A stretch of DNA of 63,837 nt, filler included. It is 6 parts of 6 records of this genome, joined end to end, with 100 filler letters (N's around TTAATTAATTAA, not from the genome) between each part and the next. Parts side by side here need not be neighbours in the genome. Positions count along the whole stretch, not along the records: positions 23,713 to 36,396 come from SRR2962707_1971; positions 36,497 to 42,504 come from SRR2962707_1972; positions 42,605 to 56,964 come from SRR2962707_1981; 3 more parts are not named here. One strand, 5' to 3'. The notes beneath the pieces are model-generated. The model was given only the letters and a program-made list of their open reading frames with translations. It was not told the origin of the DNA and did not search any database. A program made the translations under genes and the position numbers. Each line of letters begins with the position of its first letter. Position 1 is the stretch's first letter. Shown piece by piece: positions 30,801 to 43,022 of the stretch.

Positions 30801-33800
30801 TCGCTATCACTGCCAAGGCGACTGTCCTTGCCACTGTAGCTATCGCTCCCACGAGGCCCATCGCCATCGTCGCCCTGAGCTTTGACGACCCCAACACAAG
30901 CTTCGAGCCAGCGCACTGAACGTCGTGGCAGTCGTGCTTCCTGTGAAGCGACAAGCCGCAGGGCGCTATCTACAGCTTTGCGGAGTGACGGAGACTGTCG
31001 CAAGTCAAAACGCAATTTGTGCCAAATGTAAATGCACAACGTTTTTCTTGACCTCAAGATGCGAGCGAAGACACGAAATCTGGCTCACACACAGACTGTG
31101 AGCTATGCGAGCACACAAGGCCTCACCTTCAACGCAGCAGGCGTGTCCAGAACGTGCATAAGCAAGTGACCGATTCGATGCCGCTGCACAACCGAGTCTC
31201 CGGCCAACCCCGACACCCGGTACAGGCACTGCACCGCATAGCGCACGCCTGTCGGCGACGTGAGAATTACACGTTTCGCTGCGGTTGTTGCATGGCCGGA
31301 ATAAATGGTGTCGACATTCTCACGATACTTCGCTTGGACGGCAGCCAGTGCATACTGCAACATTGGATGCACGGGTTCGTCTAGTTGCAGATCATCACGC
31401 GGAGATGACGACGTAAAAAAATACCCTGGGTGGTGAGTCGCAATGCGATCGGCTACCTTTAAGCACGTTTGAGAAATGAGGCGGCGGTACTTGTCGCCTG
31501 TGTCGATTCCAATACCCCCGCCGTGTGCACCACCGAAAGCATGTGCTGACAGAGACAACCATGCATCGCGGCAAGCGTCGAGCGCGGCGTCGAAAACTGG
31601 ACCGCCGCCTCGTGCTAGAGATGGACCCATCCCGTCGATTAGTGCCAATACTAACCCAAGAAGAACCAGCACAACTCCAGTGCGGACTGCACCAGTGCAT
31701 ATTGATGCCACGTCGCACAAAAGATGGGCGTCGATGAGAGCCAACGTTGGCTCCACAAACTTGCCGAAGTCTCGCGAGTGCCGCAGTTGCCGAAGCAACG
31801 TCCCCCAAGCATGCAACACCCATGTTCGAACAGGTTGGCGAGTTTCACGAGCAGCGTCGTAGATGATCGAATGGTGAATCAAAGCCTTCTTTTTAGGCGG
31901 CAGTGCTTCAAAAATATACCTGTATCAAGTCCATCAGCAGTGGTAACCTACGTGACATCCAACACCACAGACCCTGACCCTTGTCCCAACGACCAGTTCA
32001 ACGACAAGACACGCACGTGAGCGCAAGGAGGCCTCCTGCCCGCGAGGCCAGAGCAGCAAGGCTGGCACTGTTGCTCCCGCCACCTATAGCCAGCGATGCA
32101 CCTTGACCCTCAGTCCCATCATTGTGACCAGCTTTGATCAACGTGGACTCCAGTGCTTGAATGGTAGACTTCGCCCAAGACGACTTCGCCATCATGATAC
32201 TGGTACAGACGAGAATAGACAGCGCCTTCGCACCCACGTGCCGCGCGGTTGGCTCGGTGTTTCCAAGTTGATCCAACAGGAAAGCACGGCAAGCCACAAA
32301 CCATTTCGGCGCGGGCTGTGTCTTTTTGGACTGGTGAAGAAGCAACACGCAATTTAGCAAAGCAGAGGTTCAGTCTGGGAACAAAGCAAGCTGATCCCCG
32401 AAGGTCGCAGGATTAAATCGTTCAGTTGACTTGGTTGCAAACCATCGATTCGCACCTTACTCGAGTTCACCGGATCTTGGCGGTGCTGCCGCAGAATATT
32501 GCGACGAATGTCCATCACTACGCGTAAACAAACGACTGCACAGTTATGTTGTGCGAATATCAGAGCCATCTGAGGCGAGCGCAGCAGCTGCACTCCTTTT
32601 GTTTGCCTCGCAAGTGTCCCAAAATGAGCCATGAATCTCTCTTGGTCATCCGCTTCTTGGAGATGAAACAGGTCTCCAAACAGGCCAACTGCAGCATTGA
32701 TAAGACGAACAGCACGAAACACGTGTGCCGGTGCAGGCTGTACTTCTTGTTTACTTGAAGGTGAAGCATTGTTTTCAGAATCGTCGTTGGCTCCGTGCGC
32801 AAAGCTTTCGTTGGAGTCGAGGACAGCTGCCACAAACAGGTCCGTCGCAGCAGGCATATGCATTGAAACCGCGTCTTGTGCATCGGAAATGTTTCGCAAT
32901 GCGTCCAGGGGTGATCCAACAACTTCCAGCTCCGGTGAAGTGTGTGCAAACCATGGCCTGCATATACACACGCCAAAAATCAGGAAAACGGCGCACACAG
33001 TCGCACAGGTGGCGAGAACAACGATCAAAAGAACGAAACAAAGCCCAGGAACCAGCAAAAACGGACATTGATCCGGGCTGCACCATCTCCAGCGGGCACG
33101 CAGCGGCATCTCTCGAGCGCACCAATGTTGTCGCCAGCGACGTGGTTGCCAAAGCTTTGTCAGCAAAAAGCTGAACAGCATCAACAAGAACTTGTTTATG
33201 TGCCGGTACATAGCGTTTGGCGGGGAGCAATTGCAAAGAGCCGAGCACCAGCGCGTACAAAAGCGTTGAGTCCGACTGAGCACCGCCGACGTTTGGGGCG
33301 CTACCACCGAGCAACCCCCCACCACTACCGGATCCACCCTGATTGACAGCAACGCTGCAAATTCGAGCACGAAGCGTCAGCAGCAGTTTGAGCAACGTGT
33401 TGCAAAGCGATTGAGCGCTTGTAGATCTCGAAGCGAGGTAGTCACGGTGCCGACGGCAGAAACACAGGATGGCAGTGGCAGCTGGAACCAAATCTTTCGC
33501 GGCAGCTTCTGCTTGAGCGGGCGTCAATTTTAGGACAGAGGCAGGCGAAGAGTCGCTGCCGCCATGGCTACCATTGCTTCCGGCATTGGAGTCTGTTGTT
33601 TGCTGCTGGACTCTTTTTCCCCATGCTTTCACCCACAACGGAATGAGTTGCTTCGTAAATTGCCGTGCGAACGCAGCGAGACCGGCGACTAAAATCCATC
33701 CACCCCACGAAAAGGCAGACGCAGAATTAGGTGGCCCGTGTGCAGCACTGTGCGCCGCACCACCTCGGACGCTCCGTTGAGACTGGTTGACCAAGGACTG

Positions 33801-36117
33801 AGCCAAAGATCCCACATCGGTGACAAGCAATTTCGTGTTTTCTGATGGTGCTGAATGGGCAGCAAGTCGGAGCAAAATACAGTGGAGCATAAGCGCTTGC
33901 CCTGTCAGTTTCCATATTGCGGATCGATCGATTTTCGCCCGACCTTGTGTTGCGGAAATAGCAGAAACCTGTCCACAAGTTTTCGGGATGCATGGTCGTG
34001 AGCACCCCGAAAAATATTCATAGCACAACAAATGCACAACACATGGTTTCAGCCTTGCAATAAACAAATCCATGCCTGTGCTTGCGCCATCACGATGTCT
34101 TGAACCAAGACTGTTGCAGCAGTTGTTAGCTCATCCTGCGACATGTACTGTACAAGTGTGCCGTACGCTTCAGCCGCGGAATGCCGTACCAAAGGTTCAG
34201 GGTCGACCATTGCACCTAGACAGGCCTTGGTAATATTGCCCTGAACACACAAGACGGAAAAAAATCGGCGCACACCACAGCGGGACACATTACTGCAAGG
34301 GCGACGCGATGGCAAAGTCGGCAAAGTGCCAAACTGGGGCAGGCGCAAAACACTTTGCAAACACCGCTTGCCTTAAGTGTCGTGATGCCTACAGCCAGGC
34401 AACCAATTACGCAGTTTATTTCACGCAGCAGAAAGAGCCTTTGTGCCCCTTGCAACATTGGCTCTGCGCTTTGCCCCCCTCGTTTCGATGGAGACGTCAC
34501 GTTGGAGGCTGAGCCTTTCAAGCGTTGAAGCGCAAGTTGCAAGAATTCCAGTTGACGTGTTTCGTCAGCGTGCGCTGTGAACGCACGGCGAAACGCCCTC
34601 GCGCACAGGGCAGCAGCGTGCGCAGCATCGGCAGGGCTACTGTTTCCAGGGGCCAATGCGGCGTTGCCTAGACAAGCCAGCAGACGATCTACGATCTGAA
34701 CGAAATATGGATTCCCTGTACCGTCACCCGAAGGGCCTGTGGCTGTGAGGCGGGGGCAGACGAGGCGCAACAAGTGCGTTAACGCAGCAGTTGCTCCACC
34801 CTGCGTGCGCAACTGGCTGACACCAGATGCCAGGAAGTTTGGCTTGCAAACCGCTGTTGCAGCAAAGTCTATAGCATTTTCAAGTGGAGTCACAGTTCCG
34901 CGCGTGCTGTTTTTTGCTGTTAAATGAAATCGCACGTTCGCGTTGGAATTCGCAAAGGCTGAATTGCCCGCCAAGTGCCGAGTTGTCGGCAAAACCACTT
35001 CATCTGGGCAAGTAAGGGCGAGAATACCCGCCTGTGGCAATGTATTGTTTCGATTCAGGCACCATGCATTCAAACGAGTCAAATGAAATCGCGCTGTCGG
35101 GTTCGCGGCCGCTTTAGTCGGAGCTGGAACAACCAACGGAGGTGCCGTCAACAAACAACGTACCATTGCCCTTGCAAATCCCTCGGAAACTTCAGGCAGC
35201 TTATCTACAAGACCTTTTTTCACGGCTTCAATGAAATCGTGGACTCGAATGGTATTGAAAGCTTTATCACCCCCAGCACTCGCCTGTGATGTTGCCAGGG
35301 CGGCGAGAGTTCCGCTCACTGCAAAACGGACATCCGAGTTTTTGTCGCTGAGCAGACCGCGGATCGCCTGCACACAGGGTCAGGTTCAGCACCACGACGA
35401 AAGAGCCACAAGTACAAAATGCAAAAATGCTGACGAGAACCGCACTGGGGCACAATGAAATACCTGAAATATCGAGCGGTGGTGGGACGCCAGAAAACGG
35501 CCGCAGCCGCCGACAGCCCGCTCGAGAGCCACAAGACTGGCCTCCCGAATGCAGGCTTCGGAGGCACGCAGCCCCTTCAAGAGAAACTGCACACCTGCAT
35601 CGTGCACAGCCCGCATCTGCTGTCCTCCGCACACCAACATCAATTGACCCAGGCAACTGGCCGTGCACAGCCTGACATTGCGCGGTGCAGCGCGTGCTTG
35701 CGCCAGTTTCACAGCCTCTGCGATAGCCGTGACGACCGCTTTCGAGTACAGCCGTTTGCACAGCACTGTCAGCACATTTGCAACGGCAGTCGACGTTGCT
35801 GCCGTGAGCAAATAGTGCAGGTCCGCATCGGCAACAAGGCGCTTGAACGTGTCCACAGTCCCCTTCTCACACCGCTGCACGAGCTCGCGACCTTCTTCGT
35901 GGCAACACGCTGCAACGAATGCCTGGTGGAGAGCCTGAAGCGTGTGGAAAACTTGTCGCTGACGATTGATCTGTTGCTTGGACTGAGCCGCCGAAGCCTC
36001 AGGTTTGGCCTTTCTCGGCCGAGTGGCTGAGGAAGAAGAGTGCTCGGTGGTCAGTTGCTTCAACGCTGCAAGCAGTTCCAGTGGACCCACTGCTACTGCT
36101 GAGCTAGAGGGGTCCAT
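27806..36117 (-). CDS. HEATR5: HEAT repeat-containing protein 5 homolog (HEATR5/Laa1/SWEETIE), multi-exon
   Basis: LLKGLRASEACIREASLVALERAVGGCG..SHHRSIFQ|AIRGLLSDKNSDVRFAV, PVRTWVLHAW and ILAQ|YETQLVVALRESFS match HEATR5 blocks as I recall them. First intron 35368-35463; not all exon junctions resolved. Confidence 0.82.
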
Positions 36118-36373
36118 GGGGAGCGGCGCAAGTGCCGGTGAGCCGCCTTTTCTTGGTGCTCTTGTGTCTCCTGTCTTTCTCGGTGGGCTTTGGCTCCGAC
36201 AACAGTCGGCAAAATATCAAACAGCCTCAACACAAAAAACTGTGCACGCTTTGGTGGTTGTTGGACAACGAAGCTCGACTGGGCTTGTAAATAAATGTTT
36301 GTTGTTGTTGTTGTTGTCGTTGTTTTGGCTTGTTTGTTCGTTTTTTCAACTGCTGTGAGCAACTCGGTTCTGC

Positions 36374-36396
36374 GAGTGAGTGAGTGAGTGAGTGAG
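36374..36396. repeat. (GAGT)n microsatellite at the contig end, reading (CTCA)n on the HEATR5 sense strand
   Basis: gagtgagtgagtgagtgagtgag seen directly. Confidence 0.9.
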
Positions 36397-36496
36397 NNNN
36401 NNNNNNNNNNNNNNNNNNNNNNNNNNNNNNNNNNNNNNNNTTAATTAATTAANNNNNNNNNNNNNNNNNNNNNNNNNNNNNNNNNNNNNNNNNNNN
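36397..36496. other. Artificial contig spacer
   Basis: N44-TTAATTAATTAA-N44. Confidence 0.99.
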
Positions 36497-36637
36497 CTCA
36501 CTCTCTCACTCTCTCACTCACTCACTTCCTCGTCTCTAAGCGAAGCCTCCCCACTCGCTCGCCAGAGACTCTGCCTCCCCACCGCGCTCACAAGTCTCAC
36601 GCACGATATCTTCACACTCACTCACTCACTCACTCAC
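36497..36637 (+). repeat. (CTCA)n/(CT)n microsatellite tracts (36497-36525 and 36615-36637) upstream of the proteasome gene
   Basis: Seen directly. Confidence 0.85.
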
Positions 36638-36954
36638 ACGCGTAGTCACCCTGAACCCCACGAAGGAAAACACACGGGGGAACGAAAAGAAGGAGGGGAG
36701 CGCGCCGTGTCAGTGATTGAGTTCGTTGGGGAGTCAACTGAAAGTCCACTGCCAAGTGGTGTTCCTTCTTTTGTTCGGCGTGGCGTGCTGCTTTTTTTTT
36801 TTCGCTCTGTTTTTTTTGTTTTCTCGCTGTTTCTGTCGGGTGGGAAGGTAGTACCGTAGATTCTGCTCTGTGCTTTGAGACAGGTCACGCTCGTTGTTTC
36901 CTCCTTCTTTCTCCTTTCCTTTTTTTTTGAATACTCTTTTGTGTCGCAGTCATA

Positions 36955-38192
36955 ATGGAACTTCCAGGCGCGCTCCCGAACGCTCCGCGAACCCACACAA
37001 CGTGCGTAGAAGTGTCCCTCCTCTTTTTTGTCCCAGGGCTTGCTGTGAGGCCGAGGCATTTCGTGTTCGAAGCGTTTCGGTATCTGGTTGTCAGAAAGTG
37101 CGCCCGGATGCCTGGCGAAGAAGTGCCTCCTAAACTCCTCGCTGTTCTTGTTTTTTGTTGTTTTTGCAGGCAACCAATTTTGACAGGCACGTCCGTGCTC
37201 GCGATCAAGTATGCCGATGGCGTGATGATGTCGAGCGACACGCTCGCGTCCTACGGCGGTCTTGCTCGCTTCACGAACATCGTCCGACTCCACCCCGTTG
37301 GGGAGAACACGTTGATTGGATGCACTGGTGACCTGTCTGACTTTGATCGCATCAAAGAAGATCTGAAGGAACTTATTATCCAAGATTTTTGCGAGGATGA
37401 CGGTGCGCACTGTCGTTTTTTGTTGCCGATCTCCTCAGCGCGATTTTTTCGTATCCGTACTCGTCGCGTTGCCTCATCACTCTTGGTTTTCCATGCTCAG
37501 GTGATCATGTTACCGCGCCCGATATCTATGCGTATCTGTCACGACTTTTGTACCACAAGCGCTCCAAGATGGATCCTTACTGGACCAGCATTATTGTGGG
37601 CGGTGTCACACAAGGAAAAACCTTCTTGGGCATCGTTGACAAGCTGGGCATGAATTTTGAGGGTGACTTCCTCACAACTGGCTACGGATCGCACCTTGCT
37701 CTGCCCATCTTGCGAAACAAGTAAGGCTTTCGCGTCGCCCTGATTTTGTTGTGGTGCTCCGCCCGCGGTGGGATCTGCACCGCATGAATTTGCTTGCTGT
37801 ACCTATCTCACAAGAGCACTGTCTGTGTGCGAACTGCGTTTGCATGTGAAGGTGGAAGCCTGACATGACAGCGGAAGAGGCAAAGGCACTGCTCGATGAG
37901 TGCATGCGCGTGCTTTTTTACCGCGACTGTCGTACACTCAACAAAATTACGACAGGAACCATCACGGACGCAGGGTGAGTCGTGTTTGTGGTGTCTGTTG
38001 TGGCACGCTTGCTGCCGCTATTGTCCGCTGCACTACTGTTTTGCGGCACCTAACCGCATTCTTGATGTATGTTGCTTCCATTGCGTTGCAAGAGCTGCAA
38101 CGGTATCAGAACCTTACGCTTTGTCGACAGTGTGGGATTTGAAATCGTTTATCAAACCCAAGTCGGGCGGCGACTCGGCTGGGTCGTGGTAA
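36955..38192 (+). CDS. PSMB4: 20S proteasome subunit beta type-7 (PSMB4/Pre4); introns at 37002-37169, 37403-37500, 37721-37851, 37975-38092
   Basis: Spliced product contains RTHTT|QPILTGTSVLAIKYADGV..DTLASYG, LYHKRSKMDPYW, TGYGSHLALPILR and MRVLFYRD, and ends in GSW. Confidence 0.93.
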
Positions 38193-38358
38193 TAGCTGTT
38201 CGCAAGAGCAATGAAACACGCCGCTGCGATGGTGGTTGGAGCGGTCTTTTTTTGCACAAGAGTGTGGCGTTTGAACCCCCTGACATTTAGGCCTTATTTT
38301 AAGAACTTGCAATATTTGCGAAAGCCAAAGATTTGCTGGACCCACTGCCCACTGCAGC

Positions 38359-41300
38359 TCACCATTCCGTAACAAAGTAGTCTTTCAGAAATACTCCATA
38401 CGCAGGGACTTTATGTGCCTTGCCTTGGACCGGTTTTTTGGGTTGGTTGACATGGGAAAATATGGGATCAACTATCCTTGCTGCCGCGTCAATCTTTGTT
38501 TCACATTCCACACATTCCCCAAACAATCAGCGCTGCATGCTGCAGTCGCGTGTGAGCCACATCTTGAAGCACAAAACAGGTGGGGCTTTCGTTTCAGTAC
38601 GAACCTCATCCAACGGAGTTTGAAAATTCTTGTCGGCCGCAGTTTGCGCAGCTTTTTCGATGGGGTTTTCATCATTGATCCAACCTTTGTTCCCGTTCAT
38701 CCATGCATTCATAGAACTGTGTCACTCACTGCCTCGTGCGACAACTTGGCATGTACCAATGGAAGTGCATTTCGCATGGAACATCTCAATTTGAATTATT
38801 CACGTGCCTGTGTCAACCGAAGTCATAAACACGCCCCGTTTTGCCAAGTCCGCGGCACACGTCCTCGTCATCATGTTAAGGGCAGCTTTGGCCATATTCG
38901 TGTGCGGATGATTGGCCGTTTTGTGTCGGTAGAACTTTCCCTCCATGGCGCTCACATTGACAATAAATTTCGCCCGCAGTGCTGCATTGGATTCCTCGGG
39001 TACACCACTGGCACTGCTTGCCAAGTGGGTATCATTTGCCATTAGGTCAACAAACTCTGAGTTGATGGCAAACGGCGCCAGTGCGTTGATGGCCATGCAC
39101 TCGGCCGCCTCTCCGATGTGAACTTGACCCAGTTTTTGAACCTTTCATGTTCCAAACAAAAATAAATGTTCTTTGAATAAGGCGTGCAAGCAAAATGCAC
39201 CCCGGCAGAAGTGCTTTCGCTCAGTGAACATACAAAACGCGACATACCCAGCTGTTGGTTCGTCGAAGGTCAAGCTGTTGACCATGTACATCGAAGTGTC
39301 CTTGAGGAAAGGACGGATTTGCAGGGGTGGGGAGTGATATTGCGGTCGCGGCATCTCCTGCGGTCCTCGTCGACGGCTTCGGTGTCCCCACTTCATGCGC
39401 ACCAGCGTTTTCTACTTGCAACTGCGATGTTGGGGCGGAAAACACCAATACATGACCCCTGAGATCAACGGTGTCGAGTTTGGGATCTTCATCTCCTGGA
39501 ACTGAGCTGACTGGCTCATTGCTGTGGCTAGGGCTATGGCTATGGCTGGCGTTGCTTTTTGGACCCGGATCCATGGTTTCAGATGCCGCAACCTGAACTC
39601 GTGCGAGATGATCACCGGGATTGGTTTCGACGTCTCGGAGGTGCTCGTAGAAGCTTTGAGGCCGACGGATAGTCTGGCAGGCATTGTGGATGATCCCATC
39701 TAAACCCAGGCCAACAAGAGTTCTGACAACAGCAAAAATAAGTTGCAAGCAAAGTCAATCCTTGAGCGTGCAGCTTTTTCAATATACGGCTATGGTAAGG
39801 ATTGGACAGAAAGCGCACGCGGCAATTGCACAACGTACGCAAGCCGAGCAGACTGCTGAGCGAGTCTTGGCACGGTTTGGGAGCCATCCTGGGAGAAACA
39901 GACATCGGCAACCAACATGTCACCGTGATCCACGTTGATTTCAATGGCCCAAGCGCAAGGTGATATAAACACATCACAACAAAATGTACCAGCGGCAACG
40001 GCTGCAGCAGCTCCCGCAGAGCCGAGCAAAACTTGAGAATAGCTCCACCGTCTCGAAGATCCAAACCTAGGACACCGTGTTGGAAAAGTAAGCCAAACTC
40101 AGCGCAGCAACAGCCATCAACACATGGACGTGGAAGTCGAAACAGTGGCTTGAACAACTTGAGTTTGAAGCGTACCAAAAATGTGGAGTCGAGATTCCCA
40201 CCTAAACATCACAAGGATCATGCAGAAAACAGACCCGCTGACACTCAGCACAGCCACCTCACAAGCAACAGCGTGACTGCTTTCAATGGAACCACATACT
40301 TGGCAAAGTCCTTACACGCAGCAAAGCGCAAGATTGCGTCGTTTGGGAAGCGCGTGGTTGCAAGCAGTACTGCACCAGCACGCAATAACTTGAGCGCAAC
40401 CTGCAACGTGCCAAACAGGTTGTGACGAAAACGGTCAAAAAGAAAAGTACATCACATTCGGCGAAAACCACATCAGGGAATCGCGATGTTCCCCGCTTCG
40501 CGTGGGCGAAAACGTCCAATCCACGCACCTGGAATCCGATTTTGATTCGAGAGCCTGGCAATAGCGACAAACAGGCAACGCGAGTCAGCAGACAAAAAAA
40601 CACTCGTCGCGTGCAAAGGGTGGGCGAGATGGAAGGTCCAGCGCATGTGCTTGGCCTGCAACACCAAGATGACTCAGTCCAACTGATCGAGCAACATACC
40701 AGTGAGCAAAAATACACGTCCGTCCAAATCCGAGCTTGCGTTTCGCTTGCGCCAATTCAGCGCCGCACATGCGGGGCACAGGTCGGAGTAAAAATGATGC
40801 AGATCCCAAAATCGTGCTTTACAAGTGTAACACGATCTTGGTTTTTCCAACCGCGTCGCTGGCTTGTCCAGGTTTGGCGATGCTGCGTCAATGGAACTGG
40901 AAGTTGAATCTGATGTGGCTTCAGCATGACTGGCAGAAGTGCTGCCAGCGCTTTCGCCGGAATTGTTGCTTTGCTCCTTCTCGCCAGGCTCCAAACGCGC
41001 ATGCTTCCTCAAGGGTGTGGGCTGTGTGGACGTTGAGTCGGACACCACCTTGGCTTTTCGTTTCGAAGGCAGTGACGCGGTGGCCTGATCTTTCGACTGG
41101 ACTTCGTGTTGCTGGCCCACATCGCTACTTTCTTGCCTTGCTGAAGCATCTCGCGTTGGACCGGACACGTCTGCTAGTAGCGCCGCTTGACTGGCATCTA
41201 CCGGCCCGTCTGGAACCGGGAATGGAACAGAGCCGTCTGCGCCCCCTTGTTCGATGAGAGCTGTGAGGGCCTGCAACCGGCCACTTCGAAGATTGGTCGA

Positions 41301-41993
41301 GTTGACCTTGTGCTGATCGTGGAAGAGCCTTTGAGCCTTTTTGGATGCCAATTCACGCCGAGTCTTCCAAAAAAACAAAACACAAGCAACAAAAGCAAAG
41401 AAACCAGCAAGAAGCCAGTGATCATGTTCATGTGCCACTGGACGAGTCACTCAGGATGTTGGATGTGCTTCCTACTCGTGAAGACACCGGGGAATGTGTT
41501 TGTCCAGCGGAACACGAACCTGTGCTTGTGCGATGGCGAGCTGTGGTGCTTTCCCACCAAACCATTTCTTTGCCACAAAGTGCTCCACAACGGGCGCCAT
41601 AGCTTTCCGCAAGGGCCGGCATTCGGGTCGATCAAGTGCAGCAATGTGTTTCGAGAAGTAAGCCATCACCTGCTCTGCGACAGCCAGATTTTGAGCAGAT
41701 GGAAGCTTCAGTTGCCGAGCCGAGTCGCTGCGTCTTGCTTTTGCCTGTGTGTTTAACGCAGCCGCTGCTCCAGTCTCCGCCGCTGCTTTCTGTCGACGTG
41801 TTTTCGTTTGGAAGCGGTGCCGCTTTCCTTTCAAGTGTCTCTCGAGCCCCAGCTGATCAGGGCAGCGGACCAAGCAGACAGAGCAAAACAGCTCGTCAGC
41901 AACTGCAGCAGCAGAACCAACGATTGCGCCAATCTTGCCCGAGCTCGTCGCACTACCACCACCACCTGAGGGTGCAGCGTCAATTGACGACAT
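38359..41993 (-). CDS. Atypical short-chain dehydrogenase/reductase with an N-terminal C2H2 (U1/matrin-like) zinc finger and an internal CxxC...CxxC motif, multi-exon
   Basis: Motifs CSVC-x12-HLKGKRH, RSCYTCK..HHFYSDLCPACAALN, LTG|SRIKIGFQ|VALKLLRAGA, NACQTIRRP, NVSAMEGKF, HPHTNMAKAALNMMTRT, VDTG|WINDENP and YGVFLKDY. Confidence 0.85.
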
Positions 41994-42504
41994 TCTTTTC
42001 ACACAGCTGCGGCTGATTCTCCAACGTGGATACTGTGCTTACTTACGCAAAGTCCATACTCTGCCACGGGACACCCGCCGCCAACTTTGCGCAGCAGCAG
42101 CCCACGGCAACAAGCAAAAGCGAACAAGGAAAATAGCAAGAAAGGAAAAGAAATGAAAAAAAGCACAAACAACAACAGCAATAGATTTGGCTTCACGTGT
42201 ATGTATGTGTAAAAGCGCGCGACTGTGTGTGCAAGGGACCTTGCTCACAAAGCCAGAGTCAAAAAGAGGGCGTCAAAGACATACATCTCTCTCCTCTCTC
42301 TCGCTCTCACTGTGGAAAAACAGTTCGCGCCTGCGCCTCGCGCTTCGCAATAGCCCAGTCACACACTACTTCCCGCCACGCAGCGGTCAGTTGTGACGTC
42401 GTTATGTCCACAGCGGTTCGATTTTCGACGTGAGGCGCGCTTCGAAACAAGTAGAGGCCAAAGAAGATCGCGCGCGGGGGCGGGGCGGGGGGGGGGGGGG
42501 GGGG

Positions 42505-42604
42505 NNNNNNNNNNNNNNNNNNNNNNNNNNNNNNNNNNNNNNNNNNNNTTAATTAATTAANNNNNNNNNNNNNNNNNNNNNNNNNNNNNNNNNNNNNNNN
42601 NNNN
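42505..42604. other. Artificial contig spacer
   Basis: N44-TTAATTAATTAA-N44. Confidence 0.99.
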
Positions 42605-42605
42605 T

Positions 42606-43022
42606 AAGGTGAGTGACAAGGCGCCCGGCGCATTGGTGCTTGGATGTGATCAGGTTTTGGATTTCGCCGGAACGATATTATCCAAGCCGACATCGCCCAA
42701 GGATGCGCTTGCGCAATTGACCGCGCTGCAGGGGCAACGTCATATGCTTTTGTCTGCGGCGGTTCTGTACCAGGATGGTAAGCCGTTGTGGCGCCATATT
42801 GGTCAGGTTCGGCTTCAGATGCGCAATGCGTCGGATGATTACCTCAAAGATTATGTTGAACGGAATTGGGACAGCATTCGCCATTCAGTAGGGTGTTATC
42901 AGCTCGAAGAGGAAGGGGTTCGCCTGTTTTCTCGAATCGAAGGGGATTATTTTAACGTGCTTGGATTGCCACTAATTGAACTATTGGGCTTTTTGACCGT
43001 CAGAGGAGACATCGCAAGATGA
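42606..43022 (+). CDS. maf: Maf family nucleoside triphosphate pyrophosphatase (5' truncated)
   Basis: Motifs LVLGCDQVL..SKP, SVGCYQLEEEG and GDYFNVLGLPL; upstream of aroE. Confidence 0.93.
   Translation, partial: KVSDKAPGALVLGCDQVLDFAGTILSKPTSPKDALAQLTALQGQRHMLLSAAVLYQDGKPLWRHIGQVRLQMRNASDDYLKDYVERNWDSIRHSVGCYQLEEEGVRLFSRIEGDYFNVLGLPLIELLGFLTVRGDIAR

Noticed and set aside
36374-36525. (GAGT)n and (CTCA)n on either side of the spacer, as terminal inverted repeats or telomeres
   Set aside because: They lie on separate contigs, are short, and recur internally (36615-36637); they are microsatellites at assembly breaks.
42475-42504. Poly-G run as a G-quadruplex element
   Set aside because: It sits at a contig end and cannot be distinguished from a homopolymer or two-colour sequencing artefact.
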